Shown here: positions 38,803 to 49,606 of the stretch, piece after piece
Layout: each line of letters starts with the position of its first letter
How positions within the stretch are numbered: the first letter of the stretch is position 1
Origin: Candidatus Spongiisociaceae bacterium
GTDB taxonomy: Bacteria; Actinomycetota; Acidimicrobiia; Spongiisociales; Spongiisociaceae
Direction: 5' to 3'
Length of the DNA: 64,000 nucleotides
Assembly: GCA_965262915.1 (NCBI GenBank)
Contig: OZ253564.1
Location: 4,800,001-4,864,000, forward strand
Program-made: the position numbers and the translations under genes
Notes under the pieces: generated by a model
Databases searched by the model: none
What the model was told of the DNA's origin: nothing
What the model saw: the letters and a program-made list of their open reading frames with translations, nothing else

Positions 38803-40653
38803 CTAGCGGCTGTAGCCGCTCCGGTCCGATGCCTCGGCCGGAACAGAGCCCATCAGGTGGTCCAGGACGAAGGCGAAGTCGTTGAACGAGTCCAGCCCGC
38901 CCAGGTACCTGCCCAACGGTTGCAACCGATCCGACAACTCCCACAACTGCGTTCCTACGCCTGCCGTGTCTGGCTCGACGTATGGCAGGCTGCTGTACCG
39001 GTCGGACGACAGGGCCACCACCGCGCTGAACTGCACCAGGGCGTCGGCGGATCCGAAGTCCGCGTCCAGGCGGGACCGCATCGTGGTCGACTGCCGGTTG
39101 GACATGCCGCTGAGCGGCGTCACCCACCTGAGCTCCACATCGGCCAGATCGACGGTCTGGCGGGGATTCCTCCATGCCTGATCGGTCAGTTCCAGTTCGT
39201 AGAAGACCGTGGTGGCCGCACCGACCGGTATCTCGGCGAACTCCTTGCGGTCCTCGACGAACGACTCGTCGGAGGTGACCCGATTCTCGTACCCGATCAT
39301 CCGCCACGACTCCACCACCCGGTCGTTCCAGGTCACCTGCGCACGGGTCTGGTCCGCGAACGGAACCGACAGAGCGAGCCAGCTGTCACGGCTGAACGTG
39401 GCCTGTGCCTCTGCGGGACTGCTCAAGTACCGGTACCAGCCGTTCCCGTGCTGGGCGAGCTGTTCGAGCAGGTAGTCGTTGTAGTTGCTTATTCCGACCC
39501 CGATGGTGATCAGGCGCAGCGGGTTGCCGCTGTCGGCGTCATAGGCCGATTCCAGGATCGCGAACGGATCGGTGGCGTCCACATTGGCCACCCCGTCGGA
39601 CATCAGGATGATGTAGTTGTACGCATCGGGGCGTTCCCAACGGATCCGGTCGGCGAGCCACACCCCCTGGTCCAGGCCGGCCTGCACGTTGGTGCTGCCG
39701 TGGGGAGCGAGCTGCCCGATCGAGTTCCTCACGTCCCGATCATCCGGCGTCCGGTGCTCGACCGTGTAACGGCCTATGACCTCGTCGGTGAAGTGGACCA
39801 CAGCGATGCGATCCCGGCTCCGCAGGCCCTGCCTGATGCTCTCCGCCGCCTCGCGGGCGATCGCGACCCGGTTATTCTCCCGCATCGAACCGGACGCATC
39901 GAGCACCAGCGTCACGTTGAGAGGCCGGTCATCCCTGAAGTCCGGCGCCTGGAACCCGATACGCGCCAGGTGCTTGCGGTCGTCCAGGGGATGCCGGACG
40001 AGATCAGTGACGATCCTGAAGTTGTCGAGGTGGGCCGGGTGCTCGTATCCGTAGTCGAATGCGTTGATCCACTCCTCGGCTCTCACCGAATCCGGATCCA
40101 CCTCGTATCCCTGCCGAGCCCAGTTGAGCGCCAGTTGGAACGAGGTGCGATCGGTATCCAGGCTGAAGGTAGATATCCTGTCCCTGGACGCCGACACGAA
40201 CCTCGATCGCTGGTAGTCCTTGAACGTCGTGGCCGAAGGCGGTGCCTCCGAGGCCCTGTAGACACCGATGGTGGTGGTCGCCCCAGCGGTGGTGGCCGGA
40301 GCGTAGGAGTCGCTCGGCTCCTCCGCCATAGCCTGTTCCTCGTACGCCATCGCGTCAGTCGTGGGAGCCGCCGTGGCCACCGGAGCTGCATGAGCCGTGG
40401 TAGCCGTGGTCTGTTCCACATACGACCTCTCGTCTGACTCGGTCTCGAAGTACGCCTCCGTCGTTTGGGGCGCCATCGTCGCGGGCGCCATCGCCGCGGT
40501 CGTAACCGCCGGCTCGTCGTCTCCCCCAGCGCAGGCGGCCACACCCAACACCAGCAACCACCCGAGGGCGACACAGGCGAAGGTTCGCCTCCTCGCCCAC
40601 ACAGAAGCTGCCCGGTCCACGATCTTCAATCCCCCTGTCCTTTGCGAGTGCAT
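38803..40653 (-). CDS. VWA-domain lipoprotein (YfbK-like)
   Basis: Lipobox VAAC, Thr/Ala linker, STFSLDTD..VRAEEWINAF.Y, MIDAS DASGSM..T..SDG.AN, IGYENR. Confidence 0.9.
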   Translation of the reverse strand: MHSQRTGGLKIVDRAASVWARRRTFACVALGWLLVLGVAACAGGDDEPAVTTAAMAPATMAPQTTEAYFETESDERSYVEQTTATTAHAAPVATAAPTTDAMAYEEQAMAEEPSDSYAPATTAGATTTIGVYRASEAPPSATTFKDYQRSRFVSASRDRISTFSLDTDRTSFQLALNWARQGYEVDPDSVRAEEWINAFDYGYEHPAHLDNFRIVTDLVRHPLDDRKHLARIGFQAPDFRDDRPLNVTLVLDASGSMRENNRVAIAREAAESIRQGLRSRDRIAVVHFTDEVIGRYTVEHRTPDDRDVRNSIGQLAPHGSTNVQAGLDQGVWLADRIRWERPDAYNYIILMSDGVANVDATDPFAILESAYDADSGNPLRLITIGVGISNYNDYLLEQLAQHGNGWYRYLSSPAEAQATFSRDSWLALSVPFADQTRAQVTWNDRVVESWRMIGYENRVTSDESFVEDRKEFAEIPVGAATTVFYELELTDQAWRNPRQTVDLADVELRWVTPLSGMSNRQSTTMRSRLDADFGSADALVQFSAVVALSSDRYSSLPYVEPDTAGVGTQLWELSDRLQPLGRYLGGLDSFNDFAFVLDHLMGSVPAEASDRSGYSR

Positions 40654-41005
40654 GTTTCTACCTCCCTCGAAACGACTCTTCGCAGAGCGGCCCAGTACCG
40701 CTCTTATCACATAGACGTTCGGGGAGCGGGGCTTGGTTCCCACGGCGACCGGGTTTTCTTGGACACAGACCAAGCGGCCGCCGGGATGGCCAGACCACGG
40801 CCCGGCTCGGAGCGGGCTAGACCCGAGGTCGGACCCCACCACCCAAGACACGTCCCGGCCGTCCCGGCACCTGACCGAACCGCCCACCGCCACCAGCCCG
40901 ATCAGGTTTCGCGTCGACAGGAGAGGAAGGCTCCGACGGGTATCAAGCCATGCCGGCCATCTGCACCCTCGACCAGCGAGCGAGGGCTTGTCGCGCCCGC
41001 ATCGG

Positions 41006-42253
41006 TCAGCGGGTAGGTCCGTCTCGGGATCGGGCCTCGTACCCGTTGGCGGTACGGATGACTACGAGGCTCTCGGTTTCGAGCCACTTGTGGTGTTTGC
41101 GACAGACGGCGACCAGGTTTTCGACATCGGTCCGGCCACCGTCTCGGTGCCACTCTCGGATGTGGTGAAGCTCGCATCGGTGCATCGGAGCGCCGCACTC
41201 GAAGCATCCGCCGTCCCGTACGGCCACCGCGAGGCGTTGGGCGGCATTCGCGAGGCGCTGGCGGCGGCCCAACCAGAGGGGACGGCCGGCCCGGTCGAAG
41301 ATCATCCCCACCAACTCCGTGTCCGGCGTCAGCGTCTCGAGGATCCGGCGGGGAACCGGACCGGCCCCGATCATCTCGACATGATCCCGGGGATTGGTAC
41401 CGTCCACCACGCCTACCGGTGCAACGAGAATCACCTGGGTAGAGGCCTTGGCTTTCACACCGGGAAGTTCTTCGATGAACTCCCCCGTGTAGGCGTCCCG
41501 GTTGCAGACCAGTTCGAGTACCGCGTCGGCTAGGCGTTGTTTCGGGCTGCGGACCCGGTCTCGATCCCGACTCTCGGCTCCGTCGCGGCGGAGAAGTTCC
41601 ATGTAGTGATGGTCGAGGGCCTGCCTCAGATGGGTGAACTGGGGCTGCGGCAGCTTCGCCATCAGTACGCCGAGCCCGGTTCCATCCTCCACCCACAGTT
41701 TCGCTTCCCGGGCCCGCCGCTGCCGCTCGAGTGGACTCACACCTTGTTCGATCAGCTTGCGCTCCGACCACCTCCTAGCATGCCGCTCGAAGGGGTCCGG
41801 TAGCAGCCGGTCAGCGGACTCCAGCAGGTCTGGATCGGCCTCGACCATGTCGGGCCCCACCTTCTCCGCGGCCTTGGCTAGGGCGGTGGCTTGGTCCAGG
41901 GTGATATCGCCGTCGGCGAACTTCTCCCTCACCTTGGGCATGTCGGACAGCTGTCGGGCTACCTTCACGATCCGTTTGGATTCCCGCCGCGGGAGACGTG
42001 CTCTGGTGCGCAAGATCTCGGCCGGATCGGAGTCGGAGCCCGTATCCGACATTGTCCGGGTGACGTCGCACATCTTCGACGCCACGCAAGTATGGAAGCG
42101 TCCCAGCAGGTCGAGTGTGTGGTCGGCTCGGCGACGGGACATCGCTGTGATCTCGATACTCTCGAACTCGCTCAGGAGGGCCGCGATTCGATCATCCGGC
42201 GCGTCGACCGAACCGATGTGTTGTGCGGAGCCGTTGGATATCCCCGTCCCCAC
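41006..42253 (-). CDS. DUF222 / HNH endonuclease-domain protein
   Basis: QRLADA, PLWLGR..RLA..AQRLA..RDGGC..C..CELHH..W..GG.TD..NL..VC.KHH. Confidence 0.92.
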   Translation of the reverse strand: MGTGISNGSAQHIGSVDAPDDRIAALLSEFESIEITAMSRRRADHTLDLLGRFHTCVASKMCDVTRTMSDTGSDSDPAEILRTRARLPRRESKRIVKVARQLSDMPKVREKFADGDITLDQATALAKAAEKVGPDMVEADPDLLESADRLLPDPFERHARRWSERKLIEQGVSPLERQRRAREAKLWVEDGTGLGVLMAKLPQPQFTHLRQALDHHYMELLRRDGAESRDRDRVRSPKQRLADAVLELVCNRDAYTGEFIEELPGVKAKASTQVILVAPVGVVDGTNPRDHVEMIGAGPVPRRILETLTPDTELVGMIFDRAGRPLWLGRRQRLANAAQRLAVAVRDGGCFECGAPMHRCELHHIREWHRDGGRTDVENLVAVCRKHHKWLETESLVVIRTANGYEARSRDGPTR

Positions 42254-42267
42254 ATTGCCAGGTTATA

Positions 42268-42281
42268 CGAACAACTATTCG
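42268..42281. promoter_or_regulatory. Putative LexA (SOS) box upstream of the HNH gene
   Basis: CGAACAACTATTCG vs Gram-positive consensus CGAAC-N4-GTTCG, one mismatch. Confidence 0.55.
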
Positions 42282-42464
42282 GTTCTCATAGTGTAGTTCT
42301 ATCACGTCCCTGTGACATGTACAACCCCCAAACATCGCAAGCCAACTATCAATGCTCTGAAACCCACTACACATCGACCCGGCAAAGGCCGAAACCGGCC
42401 ACTCGTGAGGCTTCCGACCACTCCCCGAGCCACCACCTCGTCTCGTCCAAGACAGATGGAACTC

Positions 42465-43019
42465 CTAGTTCATCCTCGGATCGGCGGGGTACGTGGCGAA
42501 CCAGGCATAGCGACCCCCGGCCCGCCGCAGAACCTCTTCCCACAACTGCTCGGGGGCCTCGGTAAATACGTCGTCAGCCACGCCATCGACTACGAACCAG
42601 CCATTGGCGGACAACTCCGACTCGAGCTGGCCCGGACCCCACCCGCTGTATCCGGTGAACACCCGCGCTTCGAGACCGGAGTCCGCCCCGGGCTCGACTT
42701 CGAGATCGACCGCCCGGATCCCCAGAACCTCCGGCCACCCCTCCAACGGCGCCGAACCGGCCCCCCTGGCCAGACCGATCCCCCCTCCTTCCCCGACCGG
42801 ACCGCCGACGAACACCACACGGGGGTTGACCGCAGCCGACCACCACGCCGGAAGATGTTCCAGCAGATCAGCCTGCGTAGGCCGGTTGAGCACCACGCCC
42901 ACCGCTCCCTCCGGCGAGTGCTCGACCATGAGCACCACCGTCCGGGCAAAGTTCGGATCCAGCATCCCCGGCACCGCCACTAGCAGCCGTCCCGCGAGTG
43001 ACTCGAACTCCTCACCCAT
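42465..43019 (-). CDS. YqgE/AlgH (DUF179) family protein
   Basis: LLVA.P.MLDPNFARTVV, GVVLNRP, FVGGPV, GYSGWGPGQLE.EL..W, DPRMN. Confidence 0.95.
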   Translation of the reverse strand: MGEEFESLAGRLLVAVPGMLDPNFARTVVLMVEHSPEGAVGVVLNRPTQADLLEHLPAWWSAAVNPRVVFVGGPVGEGGGIGLARGAGSAPLEGWPEVLGIRAVDLEVEPGADSGLEARVFTGYSGWGPGQLESELSANGWFVVDGVADDVFTEAPEQLWEEVLRRAGGRYAWFATYPADPRMN

Positions 43020-43309
43020 CGGTCTCCTCCCCGCGGGCGTGCTCGGTGATCGCTACCGATGTCGTCATGAGTATCCCGAATCTTGCCACATCCTGGGGAA
43101 CGTACCGCAGCCAAGGCGGGTTTCTACCCCCAAGCTGATCTAGGCCTGCCGGACCATCACTGAATCGAGGCACGGCCCTATCCCGCTCCAACGACCACGC
43201 CGGACAGGTGTTGCCGGGGCTCCGGCCCCGGCCTTCATTGAGCGGAGCCGCCGGGTAGCCATATCGTACCGACGGGTGGTGGTGTTGCCGGGGCTCCGGC
43301 CCCGGCCTT

Positions 43310-43646
43310 CAGTGATCGCCATCACCTCCATGCTGGCCGGAACCAGGATCGACCGCACCAGGGTGGCGTCCAGGAGCACGGCCACCGCCAGACCGAAGCC
43401 CATGAGCTGGTTGACGATGGTCCGCCCGGTCGCGAACGCACCGAAAACCACGACCACGATGAGGGTCGCCGCCGCTAATAATCCCGGCGGTCGAACGCAG
43501 CCCGTAGGCCACCGCCTCGGTGTTCTGGTCTCGTCGTAGCGTTCGCGTATCCGGCTCAACAGGAAGACGTGGTAGTCCATGGACAGCCCGAACAGGACGG
43601 CGAAGAGGAACAGCGGCATCCAGGGGTCGATCATGTCGGCGTGCAC
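43310..43646 (-). pseudogene. MMPL transporter C-terminal fragment
   Basis: PLFLFAVLFGLSMDYHVFLLSRIRE and GLAVAVLLDATLVRSILVPA; no N-terminal part; local frame disruption. Confidence 0.8.
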
Positions 43647-43967
43647 GGCCGCAGGAACGGGTATCGGGACCGCTACATCGAGGCCGCGTTGAGGTTCGGT
43701 ACCGCTCCGGGTCGCGCTGGTCTGCCCAACTCACTCGGCCGCACCCGGTGTGGCGCCTAGCGAAATCGGCCCCTCGGCCTTCGCTCCGATTGTCGGGCCC
43801 ACCTGCTGCCACCCGACGGTGTCGTCGGGTTTGGTGTCCGTGATCCGACTGATGACGATCGAGGGCAATCCCCGGGCGGGATCGGCAGTCCTCCTACACT
43901 CGCCGACGTATAGAACATAAGGTGTGGCAAACGAGGAAACCCACCGATGCGGGATGGAGGTAGTCGC

Positions 43968-45497
43968 TTGGCCGATTCCGTGATACAACCCAACATCCTC
44001 TTCGTGATGGCAGACCAGTTGGCTCCGCACTTCACCGGCGCATACGGCCACCCGCTGGTACGCACGCCGGCCATGGATGCTCTCGTGGAGCGGGGAGCCC
44101 GCTTCGACGCCGCCTACTGCCCCTCCCCGCTGTGCGCCCCGTCCCGGTTCTCGATGCTGACCGGCCAACCGGCGTCGGCGATCGGCGCCTGGGACAACGC
44201 CGCCGAGCTGCCCGCATCGGTGCCGACCCTGGCCCACTACCTCCGCCTGGCCGGGTACCGCACCACGCTCTCCGGGAAGATGCACTTCGTGGGACCCGAC
44301 CAACTCCACGGCTTCGACGAGCGCCTCACCACCGACATCTACCCGGCCGATTTCGCCTGGACCCCCAACTGGGACGCCCCCGAGGAGCGTATCGACAAGT
44401 GGTACCACAACATGGACAGCCTCTCGGAGGCCGGCCAGGCGCTGGCCACCTACCAGATCGACTACGACGAGGAGGTCGGCTTCGCCGCCGTGCGACACCT
44501 CTACCACCTGGCCCGGGACCCCGACCGGCGGCCCTTCTTCCTGGCGGCGTCCTTCATCCATCCCCACGACCCCTACGTGGCCCGCCCCGAGTGGTGGAAC
44601 CTCTACGACCACGACCACATCGACCTCCCCGACGTTCCCCCGCTCGAATCGCTCGACCCCCACACCGTCCGCATCCGCCGCGGGATCGAGGCCGACACCA
44701 TCGGCTACACCGAGGCCCAGTGCCGCAACGCCCGGCACGCCTACTACGCCAACACGAGCTACTTCGACTCGTGGCTGGGCGCCCTCGTGCGGGCACTGGA
44801 GGAGACCGGGCAACTCGACAGTACGGTGGTCATCGTCACCAGCGACCACGGCGACATGCTGGGCGACCGGGGGGCCTGGTTCAAGATGTCCTGCTACGAG
44901 CGATCTGCGCGTGTTCCGCTGATCATGGCGGGGCCGGGGATCGCCGACCGCACCGTCCCCAATGCCTGCTCCCTCCTGGATCTGCTCCCCACCCTGGTCG
45001 ACATCGCCACCGATGGAGACCCGCGGCCCGAAGCGCCCGTGCCGCCCGCCGGTCGCAGCCTCTGGGAATCAGCCACCGGAGGCGCTGACCCCGTGGATCT
45101 GGCCACCGTCGAGTACACCGGCGAGATGCTCAGCCATCCGATGTTCATGATCAGGCGCGGCTCCTTCAAGTACATACATTGCGACGCCGATCCACCCCTG
45201 CTGTACAACGTGGTGGCCGACCCGCTGGAGGAAACCAACCTGGCCGGCCACCCCGACCACGCCGACCTGGCCGCCGGCTTCGCGGACGAGGTGGCCCGGC
45301 GCTGGGACAGCACTGCCATCCGCGAGCGGGTCCTGGTCTCCCAGCGCACCCGTCGTCTCCTGCAAGCTGCGATGGAGACAGGCGAACGTATCTCATGGGA
45401 CTACACGCCCGTACGCGACGCCGCCAACGAATACATCCGCAACCACATGGACTGGGCCGAGGCCGGCCCACGCACCCGCTACCCACCACTCGGCTGA
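43968..45497 (+). CDS. betC: Choline-sulfatase
   Basis: PNILFVMADQL, SPLCAPSR (CxPxR), GKMHFVGPDQLHGF.ERLTTDIYPADF.WTP.W, WYHNM, WDY.P..Y.RNHM. Confidence 0.93.
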   Translation: MADSVIQPNILFVMADQLAPHFTGAYGHPLVRTPAMDALVERGARFDAAYCPSPLCAPSRFSMLTGQPASAIGAWDNAAELPASVPTLAHYLRLAGYRTTLSGKMHFVGPDQLHGFDERLTTDIYPADFAWTPNWDAPEERIDKWYHNMDSLSEAGQALATYQIDYDEEVGFAAVRHLYHLARDPDRRPFFLAASFIHPHDPYVARPEWWNLYDHDHIDLPDVPPLESLDPHTVRIRRGIEADTIGYTEAQCRNARHAYYANTSYFDSWLGALVRALEETGQLDSTVVIVTSDHGDMLGDRGAWFKMSCYERSARVPLIMAGPGIADRTVPNACSLLDLLPTLVDIATDGDPRPEAPVPPAGRSLWESATGGADPVDLATVEYTGEMLSHPMFMIRRGSFKYIHCDADPPLLYNVVADPLEETNLAGHPDHADLAAGFADEVARRWDSTAIRERVLVSQRTRRLLQAAMETGERISWDYTPVRDAANEYIRNHMDWAEAGPRTRYPPLG

Positions 45498-45746
45498 GGG
45501 CGATTGCTCTGGTCCGGAAGCGGATCGCGAGGGTATGGGAGCGGGAGTGGGGCTTTCGCTAATCGAAGCAAGTCCTGTTTGACACCCCCGTGCGTGGACT
45601 TCCCTCTACGAGGGCGCTGGGATACCCCCAATGGCTCGACGATCGATAACAAAGCCGCATCAGGCGACGACGTTTCAACCGTTGTCACCGTTTTCCAGCG
45701 CCCTCCCAACTCGCCCACCGTTCGAGGTGGACTACTCAGGTATCGA

Positions 45747-45890
45747 TTACGCCCTCCGCCCATCCCAGGATGCGGTGTCCCCTATCTCAGTCAGAGCCCT
45801 CACGTCGGTAGTGTGCCTCCGGGCAGCACGCCGTAGCCATTCCTCCGCTACTTCGCGATACTGTTCGGGAGCTTGCTCACAGGGTGCCAT
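45747..45890 (-). pseudogene. Truncated HEPN-domain toxin
   Basis: MAPCEQAPEQYREVAEEWLRRA resembles a HEPN N-terminal helix; overlaps MNT stop; only 47 codons. Confidence 0.45.
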
Positions 45891-46272
45891 TGGAGTGCTT
45901 GTCGAACACCAAGCGCCCTTCTTCCTGAGCCCACATGCAGGGGCTGACCACCAGATACCGCATACGCGTGAGGTCCTCGACATCGGTAACAAACACATTC
46001 ACGGGGTAGGGGCAGAAAAACCGTGCCACGTATCTGATCTCCCTCTCCCACCGATCCCAGATCTCTACCGGCATCCCGTCGAAGGCCACGAGAAGGTCGA
46101 TGTCAGATCGGAAGGTGTCCTCTCCCCTTACGGTCGATCCGAACAGGTAGACCTTGTCGGGGTCGAACATCAACGCAACGTCGATCGCCTGGCGGACCCA
46201 ATCCCGGGGAAGTCCCGTGTAAGGCAGGGGCGTCTGCCCGTTGCTGACGGCCCGGCCCTGGCGCTCCAGCAT
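45877..46272 (-). CDS. Minimal nucleotidyltransferase (MNT) antitoxin
   Basis: P.KVYLFGS..RGE....SDIDLLV motif. Confidence 0.88.
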   Translation of the reverse strand: MLERQGRAVSNGQTPLPYTGLPRDWVRQAIDVALMFDPDKVYLFGSTVRGEDTFRSDIDLLVAFDGMPVEIWDRWEREIRYVARFFCPYPVNVFVTDVEDLTRMRYLVVSPCMWAQEEGRLVFDKHSNGTL

Positions 46273-46553
46273 GTCGACATCCGGATGCCCCACCTTGGGG
46301 ATGGCCCAATCCGTTCTCACGGTCAGGGACCCGGCCGAAGCGGGGGTCATGAAGCGGTACCCATCGCCGCGACTCCTTCCAAGGGACGGGAAAGCCCGTG
46401 TGTCCGCCCCGTTGATGCGTCGTGGTTCCCAGGATAGTTAGGGTTCGTGTCTGCCCGGACGTCCCCCCCGGGGGTTCGCAGACGGCGCCGCCGGTCGACT
46501 CCGGCGTCGACGACGACCGGCAGGCGGGAGAGTCATTACAATACGGCACCGAT

Positions 46554-47849
46554 ATGTCACAAGCTTCCATGGCATTGCAGCGGGGAGTGGCGAGTCGTGT
46601 CGCCCAGCGGAGGCTGGCGGCGGCGGGCACCGAGACCCGGACCGAGGTGCTGCGGCATCTGGAGCGTCTGCTTCGCGAGCGGGAGTCCGACCTGGTTGCC
46701 GCCAACAAGCTCGACCTCGAAGCGCCCGGGGCCGGGGATCTTCCGGGACCGATCCTCAAACGGCTGGCGCTGTCGTCCTCCAAGCTGGAAACCCTGCGCG
46801 AGGGCGTGCGGGTCCTCATCGACAACCCCGACCCGGTGGGGAAGCCGCTGCTCCGGCGTGAACTCGACGACGGACTGGTGCTGGAGCAGGTGCGGGTCCC
46901 GATCGGAGTCCTGCTCATCGTCTTCGAGAGCCGCCCCGACGCGGTGATACAGATCGGCTCCCTCGCCCTGCGCACCGGCAATGCGGTGCTGATGAAGGGT
47001 GGATCGGAGGCCCTGCACTCCAACCGGGCCCTCACCGACCTGCTCCGCGAGGCGGTGGCCGAGGCGGGCGCCCACCCCGACGTGGTGCAGAACGTGGAAG
47101 GCCGGGAGGCGGTGACCGACCTGCTGGCGATGGACGAGTACATCGACCTGGTGATCCCCCGGGGCTCGGCGCAGCTGGTGCGCTCGATCAAGTCCGCCTC
47201 GCGGATCCCGGTACTGGGCCACGCCGACGGTATCTGCCACGTGTACGTGGATGCCGCCGCCGATCCCGGCATGGCGGTCAGGGTGACCGTCGACGCCAAG
47301 ACCAACTACGTGGCGGTGTGCAACGCCGCGGAGACCCTACTGCTCCACCGTGACTTCCCGGCCGGATCCGCCGTGGTAGAAGCACTGCTGGAAGCCGGAG
47401 TAGAGGTTCGGGGAGACAAAGCCGTGCAGGCGATGGCGTCAGGCGTCGTCGCCGCCTCGGAGTCCGACTACGGCCAAGAGTTCGGGGACTTGACCATTGC
47501 CGCCCGGGTGGTCGACGGACTCGAATCCGCCATAGAACACATCCACTCGTACGGATCCGCTCACACCGACACGATCGTGACCGAGGATCCCCGAAACGCT
47601 CGGCACTTCCTCGATACCGTGGACGCCTCTTCCGTGTTCTGGAACGCAAGCACGCGGTTCGCCGACGGATTCCGCTACGGGCTGGGCGCGGAGGTGGGCA
47701 TCGCCACCGGGCGCGTCCACGCGCGCGGGCCGATGGGAGCGGAGGGTCTGTTCACCACCAAGTGGCTGCTGAGCGGCAACGGCCACGTGGTGGGCGACTA
47801 CGGACCCGGCAAGAGGTCCTACACACACCGGGATCTCCCGCTCGACTGA
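46554..47849 (+). CDS. proA: Gamma-glutamyl phosphate reductase
   Basis: VPIGV..FESRP, MKGGSEA..SN, IPRG, CNAAETLL, NASTRFADG..G.GAEVGI.T..HARGPMG. Confidence 0.97.
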   Translation: MSQASMALQRGVASRVAQRRLAAAGTETRTEVLRHLERLLRERESDLVAANKLDLEAPGAGDLPGPILKRLALSSSKLETLREGVRVLIDNPDPVGKPLLRRELDDGLVLEQVRVPIGVLLIVFESRPDAVIQIGSLALRTGNAVLMKGGSEALHSNRALTDLLREAVAEAGAHPDVVQNVEGREAVTDLLAMDEYIDLVIPRGSAQLVRSIKSASRIPVLGHADGICHVYVDAAADPGMAVRVTVDAKTNYVAVCNAAETLLLHRDFPAGSAVVEALLEAGVEVRGDKAVQAMASGVVAASESDYGQEFGDLTIAARVVDGLESAIEHIHSYGSAHTDTIVTEDPRNARHFLDTVDASSVFWNASTRFADGFRYGLGAEVGIATGRVHARGPMGAEGLFTTKWLLSGNGHVVGDYGPGKRSYTHRDLPLD

Positions 47850-48033
47850 CCTGCGCCCGCGGCCCGCGGCCCCAGGGCCGTCCCGGCCCGAACACCGAGA
47901 TCGCGAAACCCCGAATTCCCGGCTCCCCTGCGGGCCTCCCCCGTCGTCCCGAGTTCCACTCGGTCGTAGCGGGTTCCAGGAGCCGGCCGCAAATGTCATC
48001 CGCCCATCCGCGCCTGCCCTGTCGCAGGGTGAC

Positions 48034-48474
48034 TCACAGGACCAGCAGGACCACCGTCTCGGCCACGCAGGCGGGCCTGTCACTGCCTTCCAATTCGACC
48101 GTGACCCTCTCCTTGAGCTTTAGACCCTTCGGCGTCTCCGACACCTCCGACAGCTCCGAGACCACCCGCACCCTCGACCCGGCGGGCACCGGGGAGACGA
48201 AGCGAACCCGGTCGAGGCCGTAGTTGATGGTCATCTTCACCCCCGGTGTCTCCAGGAGCGGACCGATGCCGGGTATCAGCGCCAGGGTCATGAAGCCGTG
48301 GGCGATAGTGGTGCCGAACGGACCCCGAGCGGCCCGCTCTCCATCGACATGGATCCACTGGTGGTCGCAGGTGGCGTCCGCGAACATGTCGATGGCCGCC
48401 TGGGTCACGGTGTGCCATTCGCCCACCCCGGTAACCTCGCCGACCTTCGCCGCCAGATCCTCCTTGACGCCCAT
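48034..48474 (-). CDS. MaoC-family dehydratase
   Basis: FADAT.DHQWIHVD.ERA..PFG.TIAHGF.TL, NYGLDRVRF..PV. Confidence 0.95.
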   Translation of the reverse strand: MGVKEDLAAKVGEVTGVGEWHTVTQAAIDMFADATCDHQWIHVDGERAARGPFGTTIAHGFMTLALIPGIGPLLETPGVKMTINYGLDRVRFVSPVPAGSRVRVVSELSEVSETPKGLKLKERVTVELEGSDRPACVAETVVLLVL

Positions 48475-48534
48475 GAGCCCTCCTGCCGTCGGGAGCACGC
48501 TAACGGATCGGATGAGGGCCCGGCCCCGACCGAG

Positions 48535-49260
48535 CTAACCGCCCGTGTCGTCGAGGGCGAGGCGGATCCGCCTGAAACCCCGGCCCTTCGACTGGATCTT
48601 GGTGATCTTCACCCCGCCGACCTCGGCGGTCGACCCCACGTGGGTGCCGCCGTCGGCCTGACGGTCCAGGCCCACTATGTCGATGACCCGGATCCGGCGC
48701 ACGGACGGTGGGATCAGGTTGACCTTGGTACGGATCAGGCTCGGATCCCGATCGGCCTCCTCCCTGGGTAGGAAGTACACCTCGATAGGGTGGTGGCGGG
48801 CGATAGCGGCGTTCAACGCCTCCTCCAGCGGTGTGCGGTTCTCCGGGTTCCAGTCGGGCATCTCGAAGTCCAGGCGGCCGCGGCCCGGCTCCATGTTCCC
48901 GCCGGTGACGGGGCTGCGGAACCATTCCCAGACCACGCCGCACAGCGCGTGCATGGATGTGTGGGTCCGCATCAGCAGGTAACGCCGCTCCCAGTCGATC
49001 CGGCCCTCCACCCGGGTGCCGACACCGGGCAGGCCTCCTTCCAGCCAGTGCCACACCCCGTCGGAGTCCTGGGTGACCCTCGCGACCTCCAGCCGGTCCT
49101 CCCCCACCCACAGCGCTCCCCGGTCGATCGGCTGGCCACCGCCACCCGGATAGAACACCGTCCGGTCGAGCAGCACCCGCCCGTCGTCGGTATCGGTCCC
49201 TACGACCTCGGCGGTCATCCGGGATGCGTAGGCATCGGTCGAGTAGATACGTTCGGTCAT
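48535..49260 (-). CDS. Alanyl-tRNA editing protein AlaX
   Basis: TVFYPGGGGQP.D.G, MRTHTSMH (HxxxH), D.QADGGTHV. Confidence 0.93.
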   Translation of the reverse strand: MTERIYSTDAYASRMTAEVVGTDTDDGRVLLDRTVFYPGGGGQPIDRGALWVGEDRLEVARVTQDSDGVWHWLEGGLPGVGTRVEGRIDWERRYLLMRTHTSMHALCGVVWEWFRSPVTGGNMEPGRGRLDFEMPDWNPENRTPLEEALNAAIARHHPIEVYFLPREEADRDPSLIRTKVNLIPPSVRRIRVIDIVGLDRQADGGTHVGSTAEVGGVKITKIQSKGRGFRRIRLALDDTGG

Positions 49261-49606
49261 CCCCCCAACCTAGTGGTCTGCCTGCAAGACAACCTGCCGT
49301 GCTCTGCTTGCCATCGACGCCCCTCGCTGCGTTCCGTCTCGTCGGGTATGCCTTCGTCGGCGGGCCTTGCGAGGAACACCGCTGCCGGCGCATACCACGC
49401 CGCCATTTCACAGACAGACCACTACCGCCTTCGGCGCCGATTACCACCCGGCGGACCGGGTTCGAGTCCGCCGGGTGGGGTAGGAGGTGCATCATCCGGC
49501 CCGGGACGGCTCGACACCGTCGCCACCGGATCCGGAGCCTTCCCGGTCGGCTCGGAAGAAGCGTGTGGTCGGGTATGCCGGCTCGACCCGTGGCGCCTCG
49601 GCAAGT

